A stretch of 58,680 nt of DNA from an uncultured Bacilli bacterium (GCA_934096535.1 CAKOMC010000002.1:1-58680); one strand, 5' to 3'. Positions 35,657 to 46,301 are shown, numbered from the stretch's first letter. Translations and numbers: made by a program. Notes: generated from the letters alone by a model not told the origin.

Positions 35657-37867
35657 ATGAAAAAATGCGATATAATAATACCAATCTATAATGCTTATGG
35701 TTGTTTAGCCCCTTGTATAGATTCTGTTATAAAAAATACAGATTTAGAAAATAATAGATTGATTTTAATTGATGATAAAAGTCCTGACAAAAAAGTATTA
35801 CCATTATTAAAGAAGTATGCTAACGGTAAAAATATTATTTTGTTGACTAATTCTGTTAACAAAGGATTTGTTGGTACTGTAAATAAGGGAATGGAATATT
35901 CAAAAGAAAATGATGTTTTATTACTTAATTCTGATACTGAGGTTACAAAAAATTGGTTAGAAAAAATAAAAAAATGTGCTTATAGTAGTGAACACATTGC
36001 TACAGTAACACCATTATCTAATAATGCAACTTTTGCATCAGTACCATATTGTTTTGAGGCTAATGATATTCCTAATGGATTGACATTAGATGAAATGGCT
36101 GATAAAGTTGAAAAATCTGCTATGAATTTAAATATGGAAACGCCAACTGGTCATGGTTTTTGTTTATACATTAAAAGAAGTGTTCTAAATGAAATTGGTT
36201 TATTTGATGCAGAAACCTATGGTAGAGGTTATGGAGAGGAAAATGATTTTTGCTTTAGAGCAATAGATGCTGGTTATCAAAATGTTATTTGTGATAACAC
36301 ATATATATTGCATAAAGAATCACAGTCATTTTCTGATGCAAAAACTGAATTAATAAAGCAAGGTTTAGAGGCTTTATCAAAGAGATATCCTAATTATAGG
36401 AATCGTTTAGATTTATGGTGTCAAACAAGAAAAGTATCGGTAATAGGAAATAATTTGTGCTACGAATTTGGGAAAAATCAAGATAAACCTAATGTTTTAT
36501 TTGTTATTCATGACTTTGCAGATATTAAGAATAATATTGGTGGAACTTCACTTCATGTTTTTGATATTATAAGGAATTTAAGAAAATATTTTAATTTTCA
36601 TATTTTAACTCCTGAAAATAATCATTTTAAGTTATATTCATACTGGGCAAACAGTGAAGGCTACTCTACGATTGTTTATCCTAAGGTAACTCAAATAAGT
36701 GAGTATCCATTCTTTAATTCTGATTATAGAAAAATGATAAATGAGATAATTGATAAATTTAATATAAATATAGCTCATATCCATCATTTAATTGGCAATT
36801 ATTTTGATTTATTTGATGTTTTAAAAGAAAGAAAAATTTATACAATAATAACATTACATGATTATTATTCAATTTGTTTAAGAATAAATAAGTTATATAA
36901 AAATAAGGAATATTGTAATAATCCTGATATTGAAACATGTACTGAATGTATGGAAAACAGAGAAGTTAGCTGTGAAAGAACTTTAAATCTTATAAAAAAA
37001 TGGCAATTTTATTGGCATAAATATTTAAAACAGTGTGATTATGTAATTTGCCCTTCTGAAGCCGCTAAACTCGAGATAAATAGAGTATACCAAGATATTA
37101 ATATAAATGTAATTGAACATGGAATTGACATTAAAAAGAAAATCGGTAATTTAGATATTAAAGATAATGATAATAATGTAGCTTTTGTTGGCGCCATAGG
37201 CATTCATAAGGGAAGCAATATTTTAAGGGAGTTAGTTAGAACTAGAAAATCTAATTTCTTTAATATTCATTTGTTTGGTAAAATTGATATTCCAATGAAT
37301 TCACGCAAAAACTTTGTTAATCATGGAAGGTATGTGAGAGAGGAATTACCAAGTTTGTTAAAGAAAAACAACATAAAAATTGTTTGCTTGTTTTCTACAT
37401 GGCCAGAAACTTATTCTTATACATTGACAGAAGCTGTTGCTAGTGGTGTTCCAGTAATAGCATTTGATTTTGGAGCTATTGCTGAACGAATAAAAAAATA
37501 TAATTTGGGATGGGTTATTCCAATTAATGCTGGAGTTGACGAAATAATTGAAAAAATAGGAAATATATTTGCTAACCCTGATGAGTATTCAGAGATTATA
37601 AAATCAATTAATAGTTATAAAATTAAAACTACGAAGGCCATGGCTTTAGAATATAAAGAAATGTATGAAGCAAATTTGAAGATGTCAAAAGATGCAAAAA
37701 TAGATGAAAAATATATTAAAGAAAAGATAAAAGATAGTAATATTGAATATGGCAGTGTTAGTTATGCTAATTATGCTTGGGTATTTGATACATTAAAGTG
37801 GAAAATAATTTCTAAATTTAAATTTCCAAAATTCGTAAAGAAAATGATGGGGCGAGAAAATGATTAA
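35657..37867 (+). CDS. Bifunctional glycosyltransferase (N-terminal GT2, C-terminal GT4-like)
   Basis: IIIPIYNAY...LIDDKSPD...NSDTEV marks the GT2 part. ETYSYTLTEAVASGVPVIA (EX7E) marks the GT4 part. ATG 35657 follows GAAGGAG. Confidence 0.85.
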   Translation: MKKCDIIIPIYNAYGCLAPCIDSVIKNTDLENNRLILIDDKSPDKKVLPLLKKYANGKNIILLTNSVNKGFVGTVNKGMEYSKENDVLLLNSDTEVTKNWLEKIKKCAYSSEHIATVTPLSNNATFASVPYCFEANDIPNGLTLDEMADKVEKSAMNLNMETPTGHGFCLYIKRSVLNEIGLFDAETYGRGYGEENDFCFRAIDAGYQNVICDNTYILHKESQSFSDAKTELIKQGLEALSKRYPNYRNRLDLWCQTRKVSVIGNNLCYEFGKNQDKPNVLFVIHDFADIKNNIGGTSLHVFDIIRNLRKYFNFHILTPENNHFKLYSYWANSEGYSTIVYPKVTQISEYPFFNSDYRKMINEIIDKFNINIAHIHHLIGNYFDLFDVLKERKIYTIITLHDYYSICLRINKLYKNKEYCNNPDIETCTECMENREVSCERTLNLIKKWQFYWHKYLKQCDYVICPSEAAKLEINRVYQDININVIEHGIDIKKKIGNLDIKDNDNNVAFVGAIGIHKGSNILRELVRTRKSNFFNIHLFGKIDIPMNSRKNFVNHGRYVREELPSLLKKNNIKIVCLFSTWPETYSYTLTEAVASGVPVIAFDFGAIAERIKKYNLGWVIPINAGVDEIIEKIGNIFANPDEYSEIIKSINSYKIKTTKAMALEYKEMYEANLKMSKDAKIDEKYIKEKIKDSNIEYGSVSYANYAWVFDTLKWKIISKFKFPKFVKKMMGREND

Positions 37868-38708
37868 GTTAGCAGCAACAGTTACTTTCTATAACCCATC
37901 TAAAGAAAATGTTGAGAATATTAATTCTTATATTGATTTTGTTGACAAGGTATATGTTGTAGATAATAGTTCTAAAAATAATAAAAAAATGTTAACAGAT
38001 AATTGTAAAATAGTTTATATTCCAAATTTAGAAAATTTGGGTGTAGCTACTGCACTTAATATTGCGGCCAAACAGGCTTTAAAAGATAAATTTGATTGGC
38101 TATTGACGATGGATCAAGATAGCAAATTTGAAGGTGATAATTTAGAAAAAATGATAACTTATATCACAAATAATGATTGCAGAAAAGTTGGGCTGGTAAG
38201 CCCTTGGCATAATATTAAGACTGGGGTTAAAAAGCCAGAAAAAAATATTGAGGATGTTGTTGAAGTGATGACATCCGGAAATATTATTAATTTGACAGCA
38301 TACAAAAAAATAGGTGGTTATAAAGATTGGCTTTTTATTGATGGCATCGATTTTGACTACTGTATGAATCTAAATGTTAATGGATATAAAGTTAGAAGAT
38401 TAAATTACTGTGAGTTAGAACATGAACTAGGGGATATAAAAATTATTCATCTTTTGAGCCGTGATTTTGTTTGTAGTAATCACAATTATATAAGAAGATA
38501 TTATATGACTAGAAATAATCATTACATTTATGATATGTACCATGAGGCATTTCCAGACTATTGCGAAATGATATTAAATGGTCTTGATGGACAGTTTCGA
38601 AATATTCTTGCTTTTGAAAAAGATAAGTATAGAAAATTAAGAAATATGCTCAGAGGTTACAGAGATTATAAGAAAGGAATAAAAGGGAAGTACCCTTATA
38701 ATAATTAA
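37860..38708 (+). CDS. Glycosyltransferase family 2 (rhamnosyltransferase-like)
   Basis: TVTFYNPS...VVDNSS...TMDQDS. Confidence 0.8.
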   Translation: MIKLAATVTFYNPSKENVENINSYIDFVDKVYVVDNSSKNNKKMLTDNCKIVYIPNLENLGVATALNIAAKQALKDKFDWLLTMDQDSKFEGDNLEKMITYITNNDCRKVGLVSPWHNIKTGVKKPEKNIEDVVEVMTSGNIINLTAYKKIGGYKDWLFIDGIDFDYCMNLNVNGYKVRRLNYCELEHELGDIKIIHLLSRDFVCSNHNYIRRYYMTRNNHYIYDMYHEAFPDYCEMILNGLDGQFRNILAFEKDKYRKLRNMLRGYRDYKKGIKGKYPYNN

Positions 38709-38711
38709 ATT

Positions 38712-40070
38712 ATGAAATCTAAAGACATTAAAAAAAATTCTAATTATTTTGAAAAAGTATTAAAAAATCCGTATTTACCATTTATAGCAATATTTATCAT
38801 TATGTTAGTTACACATTCTTTTACTAATTTTTTTAGAGATGATTTATATTTTTCGACGCAACTAGTAAATACTAATTTATTTGATTATATTAAAATGCGT
38901 TATTTGACATGGTCTTCGAGGATAATAACGGAAATTTATTTTGTGTTTTTTACAAATCATCGTACTTTATGGATTTTTATTGATTCACTTGCATATAGTT
39001 TTATTGCGTATTTGTTAAGTAAATTATTTAACAAAGAAAATGATACTAAATTAAATTGGATAATTGCAATTATAATGTTAATCTATCCATTTACTGATAT
39101 GTCATCAGCAGGATATATAACCACTACAATATTTTATATTTGGCCTCTTTTATCTTTCTTATATATTATGTATATTTTAAAATGGAAAATGGATAATAAG
39201 AACATTTCTAAATGGCAAGTTATTTTACTAGTAATTGCTATTATTAATGCAGTTACATCTGAACAAGCATGTCTTTTAACTGCTGGCTTTACATTTTTGG
39301 CAATATTGAAAAAGATATTTGATAAGAATTTTAAAATAAAGGAAAATAAGACCTTGTTGGCTATTTTGGGTAGTTGTGTTTTATATTTAATTTTTATAGC
39401 TACTTGTCCAGGTAATCATATGCGTACAATAAGTGAAACCGCAACATGGTATCCTGATTATGCTAATTTTAGTATATTACCAAAGATATACTTAGGAGTT
39501 ATTCCGACATTTAGTGTGATTATGAATAACGGTGTAATAATAACATTAACTACATTATTATTATGTTCATTTACTTTAAAAAATAACAAGAAAAATTATA
39601 ATAAAATATTTTCAATTATTGTATTTGCATTTTTTTCTTTAACAACAATTTTTAAAAGTAATTTACTTAATATATTTCCTAACTTTAATCATTTTTATGA
39701 AATTTTGTCATTGGAGAGCTTGCCGACCTTAAATTTGTTAAACATTCTACCTTTTGCTCTATGTTGTGCTTCATTGATTGGAGTAATCTATCTTTTATAT
39801 ATTAATTTTAAAGATAATCTTTTATTACCAATTATATTTCTCGCAGGATTTTGTTCAAGATTTATAATGGGGTTTTCTCCAACTGTATTTGCTTCTCATG
39901 AGCGAACTTCTATATTTTTTTACTTTAGTATGTTAATAATTGACATAATAATTTATTCAAAACTTCAAAAGAATAAAAATATTTTCTTAGTGGATACTTT
40001 ATTAATAATATTAATGTTATGTAGTGTATTGAGTACAATGGTAAGTCTATTAAGTATAATTTATTCATAA
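38712..40070 (+). CDS. Polytopic membrane protein of the glycopolymer cluster (possible GT-C-type transferase)
   Basis: 452 aa and more than 10 TM segments, sitting between a GT2 and a GtrB-like gene. The function is inferred from context only. Confidence 0.5.
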   Translation: MKSKDIKKNSNYFEKVLKNPYLPFIAIFIIMLVTHSFTNFFRDDLYFSTQLVNTNLFDYIKMRYLTWSSRIITEIYFVFFTNHRTLWIFIDSLAYSFIAYLLSKLFNKENDTKLNWIIAIIMLIYPFTDMSSAGYITTTIFYIWPLLSFLYIMYILKWKMDNKNISKWQVILLVIAIINAVTSEQACLLTAGFTFLAILKKIFDKNFKIKENKTLLAILGSCVLYLIFIATCPGNHMRTISETATWYPDYANFSILPKIYLGVIPTFSVIMNNGVIITLTTLLLCSFTLKNNKKNYNKIFSIIVFAFFSLTTIFKSNLLNIFPNFNHFYEILSLESLPTLNLLNILPFALCCASLIGVIYLLYINFKDNLLLPIIFLAGFCSRFIMGFSPTVFASHERTSIFFYFSMLIIDIIIYSKLQKNKNIFLVDTLLIILMLCSVLSTMVSLLSIIYS

Positions 40071-40151
40071 TTAATTAAATAATTTTGCAATTTATTCTTT
40101 TAAATGTTACAATTAGATTGTAAGGATAAAGGGTAGAATGAGGAGAACAAA

Positions 40152-41117
40152 ATGAAAAAATGTGATGTACTTTATATGGTAATACCTTGTTATAATGAAG
40201 AAGAAGTTTTACCAGAAACAACGAAAAGATTAGAAAAAAAATTGGGAGATTTAATAAAGAAAAAAGTTATCTCAGAGAAAAGTAAAGTTATGTATGTTAA
40301 TGATGGCTCGAAAGATAAGACTTGGGAACTAATAAAGAAAATTAACAAAGATAATTCAATGTTTACGGGTATTTGCTTATCAAGAAACAGAGGACACCAA
40401 AATGCTTTAGTAGCTGGTCTTTTAACGGCTAAAGAATATGCTGATGTTGTAATTTCAATGGATGCTGATTTACAGGATGATATAAATGCCATTGATGAAA
40501 TGTTAGAAAAATACTATGATGGGTGTGATATTGTCTATGGTGTTAGATCAGCTAGAAAAACTGATACTTTCTTTAAAAAAGTAACAGCCGAAGGCTTTTA
40601 TAAATTTATGCAAATGATGGGAGTGGATGTTGTTTATAATCATGCTGACTATCGTTTAACTTCGAAAAAAGTATTAAATAATTTTCAAAACTATAAAGAA
40701 GTAAATTTGTTTTTAAGAGGAATTTTTCCATTAATTGGTTATAAATCAGACAAAGTTTATTATGAAAGAGCCGAAAGGTTTGCTGGTGAATCTAAATATC
40801 CATTAAAGAAAATGTTAAACTTTGCATGGGACGGTATTACATCATTTTCAGTTAAACCATTAAGACTTATTTGTACTTTAGGATTTGTAATTTTGTTTAT
40901 TAGTATTATTATAATGATTTATTCATTGGTAAGAAAACTAACAGGCAATACGATTGATGGCTGGACATTCTTAAATATTTCTATTTGGTTTATTGGAGGT
41001 TTGCAAATGATTTCTCTTGGTGTAATTGGCGAGTATGTTGGAAAAATGTATAATGAAACAAAAGCTCGTCCAAGATTCATTATTGCTGAGAATTTAGAAG
41101 AAATTAATAAAAAATAA
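40152..41117 (+). CDS. GT2 polyprenyl-phosphate glycosyltransferase (GtrB/CsbB-like)
   Basis: MVIPCYNEEE...VNDGSKD...MDADLQDD, with two C-terminal TM helices. Confidence 0.88.
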   Translation: MKKCDVLYMVIPCYNEEEVLPETTKRLEKKLGDLIKKKVISEKSKVMYVNDGSKDKTWELIKKINKDNSMFTGICLSRNRGHQNALVAGLLTAKEYADVVISMDADLQDDINAIDEMLEKYYDGCDIVYGVRSARKTDTFFKKVTAEGFYKFMQMMGVDVVYNHADYRLTSKKVLNNFQNYKEVNLFLRGIFPLIGYKSDKVYYERAERFAGESKYPLKKMLNFAWDGITSFSVKPLRLICTLGFVILFISIIIMIYSLVRKLTGNTIDGWTFLNISIWFIGGLQMISLGVIGEYVGKMYNETKARPRFIIAENLEEINKK

Positions 41118-41129
41118 AACATTTAAAAT

Positions 41130-41166
41130 AAAGACGATTAACTTTGAGTGAGCTAATCGTCTTTTA
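41130..41166. terminator. Strong bidirectional terminator
   Basis: A perfect 11-bp stem, aaagacgatta (41130-41140) with taatcgtcttt (41154-41164), plus a T-run. Confidence 0.75.
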
Positions 41167-41183
41167 AAGCTTAATTAATTATT

Positions 41184-41603
41184 TTAATCTTTTCCTAAAA
41201 GTAAGTAAATACAGTAAGATATAATGCCAATAGTAAATGTCAGCAAAATCCATATACTAAAAGATACAATGAATTTAGTAGAACTTCCATATAATAATGT
41301 TATCTAATCTTTTAACTTCCAAATTTCATAAGCAAAAATATTATCATGAATTAAATATATCATAAATGTTGATGTTCCAATAAAATTAATGAATTTGTTG
41401 TTTGAAATTTTAATTCTTCTAAATAGTTCGTAAATTGCTGTAGCTAATATAACAGGAACAAATTGATTATTTCCATATAATGGAATAAATTGAGTAAAAG
41501 TATCTTTAAAACCAGAAGTATATTCTATAATGTTATTTGTTGTGTTTATGTAGAAGTTGCCGATTACAATAATAATGATTGTAATTATTACCCAAGATTT
41601 AAC
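41184..41603 (-). pseudogene. Remnant of an acyltransferase-3 (OatA-like) membrane acyltransferase, C-terminal part only
   Basis: My hand translation of the minus strand gives ...FIPLYGNNQFVPVILATAIYELFRRIKISNNKFINFIGTSTFMIYLIHDNIFAYEIWKLKD*ITLLYG...WILLTFTIGIISYCIYLLLGKD*. There is an in-frame TAG at 41304-41306 and a TAA at 41604-41606. The N-terminal half is absent. Confidence 0.55.
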
Positions 41604-41702
41604 TTAGTCAAATGGATTATATTTTTTTATGTATCTACCTATTGCACATAGTAAAAAATCAAAAAATATGATATAATGTTTTTACGATTGGATAGTGATA
41701 AT

Positions 41703-42065
41703 ATGCGTAAGAGAAATGGATATACATTTATTGATATATTAATAGTAATATTGAGTTTAGGACTTGTTACTTTATTTACTGTACCTAAACTTAGTCATGC
41801 CTTTGAAAATGATAAAAATGAATTATATAATGATTCCCTTGAACTTTATCTTAATCAAGCAACTAAGTATGGTAATACTATTAAAAGTGAAGTAAAAGAA
41901 AATAATTCTTATATTGTAAGTATTAAAGACTTAGTCGATAAAGGCTTTATTGGTAGTAGTGATGGTGAGGTTACAGACATAAGAGATGGTAGTTCCATGT
42001 TAAATATGAAAATTCATCTTATTTATGATGAAGAAAAAGATACAGTGTATGCTCAAGTAGTTTAA
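41703..42065 (+). CDS. Prepilin-type N-terminal domain protein (pseudopilin-like), orphan
   Basis: MRKRNG/YTFIDILIVILSLGLVTLF resembles the class III signal G/FTLIE, with Asp at +5. ATG 41703 chosen. The track starts at 41676. Confidence 0.55.
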   Translation: MRKRNGYTFIDILIVILSLGLVTLFTVPKLSHAFENDKNELYNDSLELYLNQATKYGNTIKSEVKENNSYIVSIKDLVDKGFIGSSDGEVTDIRDGSSMLNMKIHLIYDEEKDTVYAQVV

Positions 42066-42090
42066 GAAGTTTTAAAGACTTCTTTTTTTA
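42064..42090 (+). terminator. Terminator after the pseudopilin-like gene
   Basis: aagaagt (42064-42070) pairs with acttctt (42078-42084), followed by a T-run. Confidence 0.6.
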
Positions 42091-42195
42091 ATTTTAAAAG
42101 TTAAAAATATTAATATAAAATTTAAAAGTATTTTATGTAAGTTAACTTTAGAAATTGTAAGTAAGTATCTTGATAGGGGAATAATTATAATAGAT

Positions 42196-42435
42196 ATGAC
42201 TGATACTTATAAAAAAATAAGTGAAACTATTAAAAACGAAAATGATATTGAAATAACTGATAAAAGAGTAGTAATGCCTATAAGAAAAGCAATGATTGAT
42301 TATTTAACCTTAAAATATAAATTTAACAATGTGGCTTGCCCAAAATCAAGGATAACAAATGGCTCATTTAGCCCAAAATCAGGAACAGTAACAAAAAAGT
42401 GTCAAGAAAGTGTCAAATTTTTAGGAAAACTATGA
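42196..42435 (+). CDS. Hypothetical 79-aa ORF (doubtful)
   Basis: ORF only. The ribosome-binding site is weak and no motif was recognised. Confidence 0.25.
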   Translation: MTDTYKKISETIKNENDIEITDKRVVMPIRKAMIDYLTLKYKFNNVACPKSRITNGSFSPKSGTVTKKCQESVKFLGKL

Positions 42436-42484
42436 TAAAAAAATAAAAACATAGTATCATAATTCATGTAAGGAGTGATTAATT

Positions 42485-42682
42485 GTGTTATATCCATCTA
42501 TTGATAAACTATTAAATATCGTAGACTCAAAGTACAAATTAGTACACATTGCTTCTCGTCGTAGTAAGCAAATGATGGAAAACAAACATTTTCAAATGAA
42601 TGAAAATGAATACAAGAGTAAAAAAGAATTAGGTAGAGCCCTTGAAGAATTAGAACATGGTCTAATCAAGGTTGAAAACTAA
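42485..42682 (+). CDS. rpoZ: DNA-directed RNA polymerase omega subunit
   Basis: MLYPSIDKLLNIVDSKYKLVHIASRRSKQM is the typical Bacillota RpoZ N-terminus. GTG start after AGGAG. Confidence 0.85.
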   Translation: MLYPSIDKLLNIVDSKYKLVHIASRRSKQMMENKHFQMNENEYKSKKELGRALEELEHGLIKVEN

Positions 42683-42789
42683 TTCTTTTTTTAGTTTTAT
42701 CTGAAAAATTACCGTAAATAGCCAGTTTTTAAGTGTATAAGTGGGGGAAGCGTGTTATACTTATTAAGTAGAAGAAAGGATTAGATTTT

Positions 42790-45348
42790 ATGGAAAAAGT
42801 ATGTTTAGTAGATGGTAATAACTTAATGTTTAGGGCTTATTATGCAACCGCCTATAGTGGTAATATGATGAAAAATTCTAAAGGATTTCCTACCAATGCC
42901 TTATACGGATTTGTTAATATGATGCAAAAAATAATTGAGGAAGAAAAACCTAAATACATTATGGTAGCTTTTGATATAGGTAAAAACTTTCGCAAAGAAA
43001 AATATGAAACTTATAAAGCCGGAAGAAGTGAGACGCCAGAAGAATTAAAATCTCAAATGCCTGTTGCTAGAAAAATATTAGAAGCCATGGGAATTAAATA
43101 TTATGAGTTAGAACCATTTGAGGCTGATGATATTATTGGAACCTTTGCCGAAGCTTGTAACAATAATTGCGAATATGATGCCACCGTTATTTCTAGCGAT
43201 AAAGATTTACTTCAGCTAATTACGGATGAAGTCGAAGTAAAACTATTAAAAACCAAAGATTATATTAGATATAATCCGACTAATTTTAAAGAAGACTGGG
43301 GATTTACTCCCATTCATATGATCGATTATAAAGCTTTAGCAGGTGATTCATCTGATAACATTCCTGGAGTTAAAGGAATAGGCGATAAAACGGCGATTAA
43401 TCTTTTAAAAACTTATGAAGACTTAGATGATATATATAGTCATATTGATGATATAAAAGGAGCTGTTAAAACTAAATTAATAAATGCTAAAGAGATAGCC
43501 TATATTTCTAAAGAAATGGCTACTATTTATAAAAAAGTTCCTATTGATATTAACTTTGATAATATTAAATATAACGGTCCTAAATTAGAAGAATTAACTG
43601 ATATTTTTACGGAACTGGAATTCTTTTCTTTTTTAAAAAATACTAAACCTAAAACAATAACTAAAGAAATAAAATTTACAACTATTTTAGATCCTAAAGA
43701 AATAGAAGAAGCCGATACTTATGCTTACTATATTGAGTGTGATAAAGAAAATTATCATCAAGCAAATATTATTGGTATGAGTGTTGTTACTAAGAAAAAT
43801 AATTATTATGTTCCTAAATTGTTAATTAAAGATACCTTAGATTATTTAAAAAATAAAATTAAATATACTTATGATTTAAAGAAAAATATATGTCTTTTAA
43901 AAGATGAAAATATATTAGATAATACTATCTTTGATACGATGATTGCCTCTTACTTGTTAGAAGAAAATACTAAAGAAGATATTGCCTATCTTATGATACC
44001 TAAAGATTATAAAGTAGAATTTTATGATATATCCTTAAAAAAAGGATTTATACCTAAAGATATTGTTACTAAAGCCAGGTTTATCTTTGATACTCGGGAT
44101 GACTATTTAAAGAAAATAAAACTAGAAGATATGGAAAGCTTGTTTACTAATATAGAAATGCCTTTAATAAAAGTTTTAGCTAATATGGAATTAAATGGTA
44201 TCAAATGTGATAAAGAAGTTTTAAAAAGTATGTCTTTAGAAGTATCAAAAAGAATTAAAGATATTGAAGAAAGAATTTATTTTGAATGTGGAGAGGCCTT
44301 TAATATTGCATCCCCTAAACAATTAGGAGTAATCCTTTTTGAAAAATTAAATTTACCGTTTGCTAAGAAAAATAAATCAGGAGGTTATAAGACTGATGTT
44401 GATACTTTAAAAAAATTAGTTAATTATAGTCCGGTAATAGGTGATATCTTAGAATTTAGAAACTTAAATAAACTTTATACAACTTACCTAGAAGGTCTTA
44501 TTCCGTATATCTTTAATGATGGTAAAATTCATACTATTTATAAGCAAAATTTAACCCGTACAGGCAGGCTTTCATCAGTTGAACCAAATATGCAAAATAT
44601 TCCAGCTAAAGATAGTGAAGGAAGAAAGATAAAGAAAGCCTTTTATCCCGAATATGATTATCTTTTAAGCTGTGATTACTCTCAAATTGAGTTGCGCCTT
44701 TTAGCCCATATTAGTAAGTCTCAAGAACTAATTAATGCTTATTTAAATGATGAAGATATTCATACGAAAGTGGCAGCCGATATTCATGGTATTTCTCAAA
44801 GTGAAGTAACCCCTCTAATGCGTAAGACTGCTAAGGCTGTAATATTTGGAATAGTTTATGGTATTAGTGGATTTGGCTTAGGGGAAAACTTAGAAATACC
44901 TGCTAAAGACGCTAAAAAATTTATTGAAAAATATTATGAATTATACCCAGGGGTTAAAAAATACATGGACGAAATTATTAAAGAAGCTTACGAACGAGGT
45001 GAGGTTAGAACCTTATTTAATCGTAAACGCACCATTGACGAATTAAATAATAAAAATTATATGATAAGACAACAGGGCGAAAGAATTGCCTTAAATACCC
45101 CAATTCAAGGAACTTGTGCTGATATTATGAAAAAAGCCATGGTTGAAATTTATAAAGCTTTTAAAGAAAATAATATTCAAAGTAAGATGTTATTACAAGT
45201 CCATGATGAATTAATCTTTGATGTTAAAAAAGAAGAAAAAGACCAAGTAATAACCATTGTTAAAGATAAAATGGAAAATGCTATAAAACTAGATGTTCCT
45301 ATTAAAGTAAGTAGTGATATTGGAACTAATTGGTATGATACAAAATAG
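42790..45348 (+). CDS. polA: DNA polymerase I
   Basis: 5' nuclease domain (LVDGNNLMFRAYYA, GDSSDNIPGVKGIGDKTA). Pol motifs A DYSQIELRLLAH, B RKTAKAVIFGIVYG and C QVHDELIF. Confidence 0.97.
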   Translation: MEKVCLVDGNNLMFRAYYATAYSGNMMKNSKGFPTNALYGFVNMMQKIIEEEKPKYIMVAFDIGKNFRKEKYETYKAGRSETPEELKSQMPVARKILEAMGIKYYELEPFEADDIIGTFAEACNNNCEYDATVISSDKDLLQLITDEVEVKLLKTKDYIRYNPTNFKEDWGFTPIHMIDYKALAGDSSDNIPGVKGIGDKTAINLLKTYEDLDDIYSHIDDIKGAVKTKLINAKEIAYISKEMATIYKKVPIDINFDNIKYNGPKLEELTDIFTELEFFSFLKNTKPKTITKEIKFTTILDPKEIEEADTYAYYIECDKENYHQANIIGMSVVTKKNNYYVPKLLIKDTLDYLKNKIKYTYDLKKNICLLKDENILDNTIFDTMIASYLLEENTKEDIAYLMIPKDYKVEFYDISLKKGFIPKDIVTKARFIFDTRDDYLKKIKLEDMESLFTNIEMPLIKVLANMELNGIKCDKEVLKSMSLEVSKRIKDIEERIYFECGEAFNIASPKQLGVILFEKLNLPFAKKNKSGGYKTDVDTLKKLVNYSPVIGDILEFRNLNKLYTTYLEGLIPYIFNDGKIHTIYKQNLTRTGRLSSVEPNMQNIPAKDSEGRKIKKAFYPEYDYLLSCDYSQIELRLLAHISKSQELINAYLNDEDIHTKVAADIHGISQSEVTPLMRKTAKAVIFGIVYGISGFGLGENLEIPAKDAKKFIEKYYELYPGVKKYMDEIIKEAYERGEVRTLFNRKRTIDELNNKNYMIRQQGERIALNTPIQGTCADIMKKAMVEIYKAFKENNIQSKMLLQVHDELIFDVKKEEKDQVITIVKDKMENAIKLDVPIKVSSDIGTNWYDTK

Positions 45349-45480
45349 TTAATAAAAAACTAACTAAAAAAAATAAATACTAAGATAAAAAAGTTGAAAG
45401 AAAATCAAAAAAATTAGTTTAAACTATTTACAATTAAATAAGAACAGACTAAAATTAAAAATCAAGAAAGAAGAAGTAAT

Positions 45481-46299
45481 ATGCCAGAAATAGCGGAAGT
45501 AGAAACTGTTAGAAATGTTTTAAAAAAAAGTGTTTTGCATAAAAGAATAATTGGCGTTGATATTTATTATGAGAAGATGATTGAACAAGATGTAAATGAG
45601 TTTAAGAATTGTCTTATTAATAATGAATTTATTGATATAAAAAGAATAGGTAAATGGTTAATTTTTGAACTTACAGATCATTATTTACTTAGTCATTTAC
45701 GCATGGAAGGTAAATATTTTATTAAGAATACTGAGGAAGAAAAAGCTAAACATGAACATGTTATAATTCATTTTGCTGATAATACCGATCTTAGATATCA
45801 TGATACTAGAAAGTTTGGCAGAATGAAAATTATACCTAAAGAGATGCTTTATGAGACGGAAGAAATAAAAAAACAAGGAAAAGAACCTGGAAGTAAAGAC
45901 TTAACAGCTACTTACTTAATAGAAAAATTTAAAACGAAGAAAGAACCTATTAAAACCGCCTTACTTGATCAAACAATTATAAGTGGTTTAGGTAATATTT
46001 ATGCTAATGAAGTTTTATTTGCAAGTAATATTAATCCTAAAAGACCAGCCAGTAGTATTACTTTAGAAGAAGCTAAAAAAATAGTTGATACCAGTGCAAG
46101 TATTATAAAAAAAGCCATGGAACTAGGAGGAACAACAATTAAAAGTTATACTTCTAGTCTAGGCGTAACTGGTCATTATCAAGATTATCTATGTGTTCAT
46201 AAAAGAGCAAATTGCCCTTGTAAAGTTTGTGGAGAAAAAATAATATGTATCAAAGTAGGAGGAAGAAGCACTTACTATTGTCCTAAGTGTCAAAAATAA
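45481..46299 (+). CDS. mutM: Formamidopyrimidine-DNA glycosylase
   Basis: MPEIAEVETV N-terminus, an H2TH region, and a C-terminal zinc finger CPCKVCG...YYCPKCQ. Confidence 0.93.
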   Translation: MPEIAEVETVRNVLKKSVLHKRIIGVDIYYEKMIEQDVNEFKNCLINNEFIDIKRIGKWLIFELTDHYLLSHLRMEGKYFIKNTEEEKAKHEHVIIHFADNTDLRYHDTRKFGRMKIIPKEMLYETEEIKKQGKEPGSKDLTATYLIEKFKTKKEPIKTALLDQTIISGLGNIYANEVLFASNINPKRPASSITLEEAKKIVDTSASIIKKAMELGGTTIKSYTSSLGVTGHYQDYLCVHKRANCPCKVCGEKIICIKVGGRSTYYCPKCQK

Positions 46300-46301
46300 T
46301 T

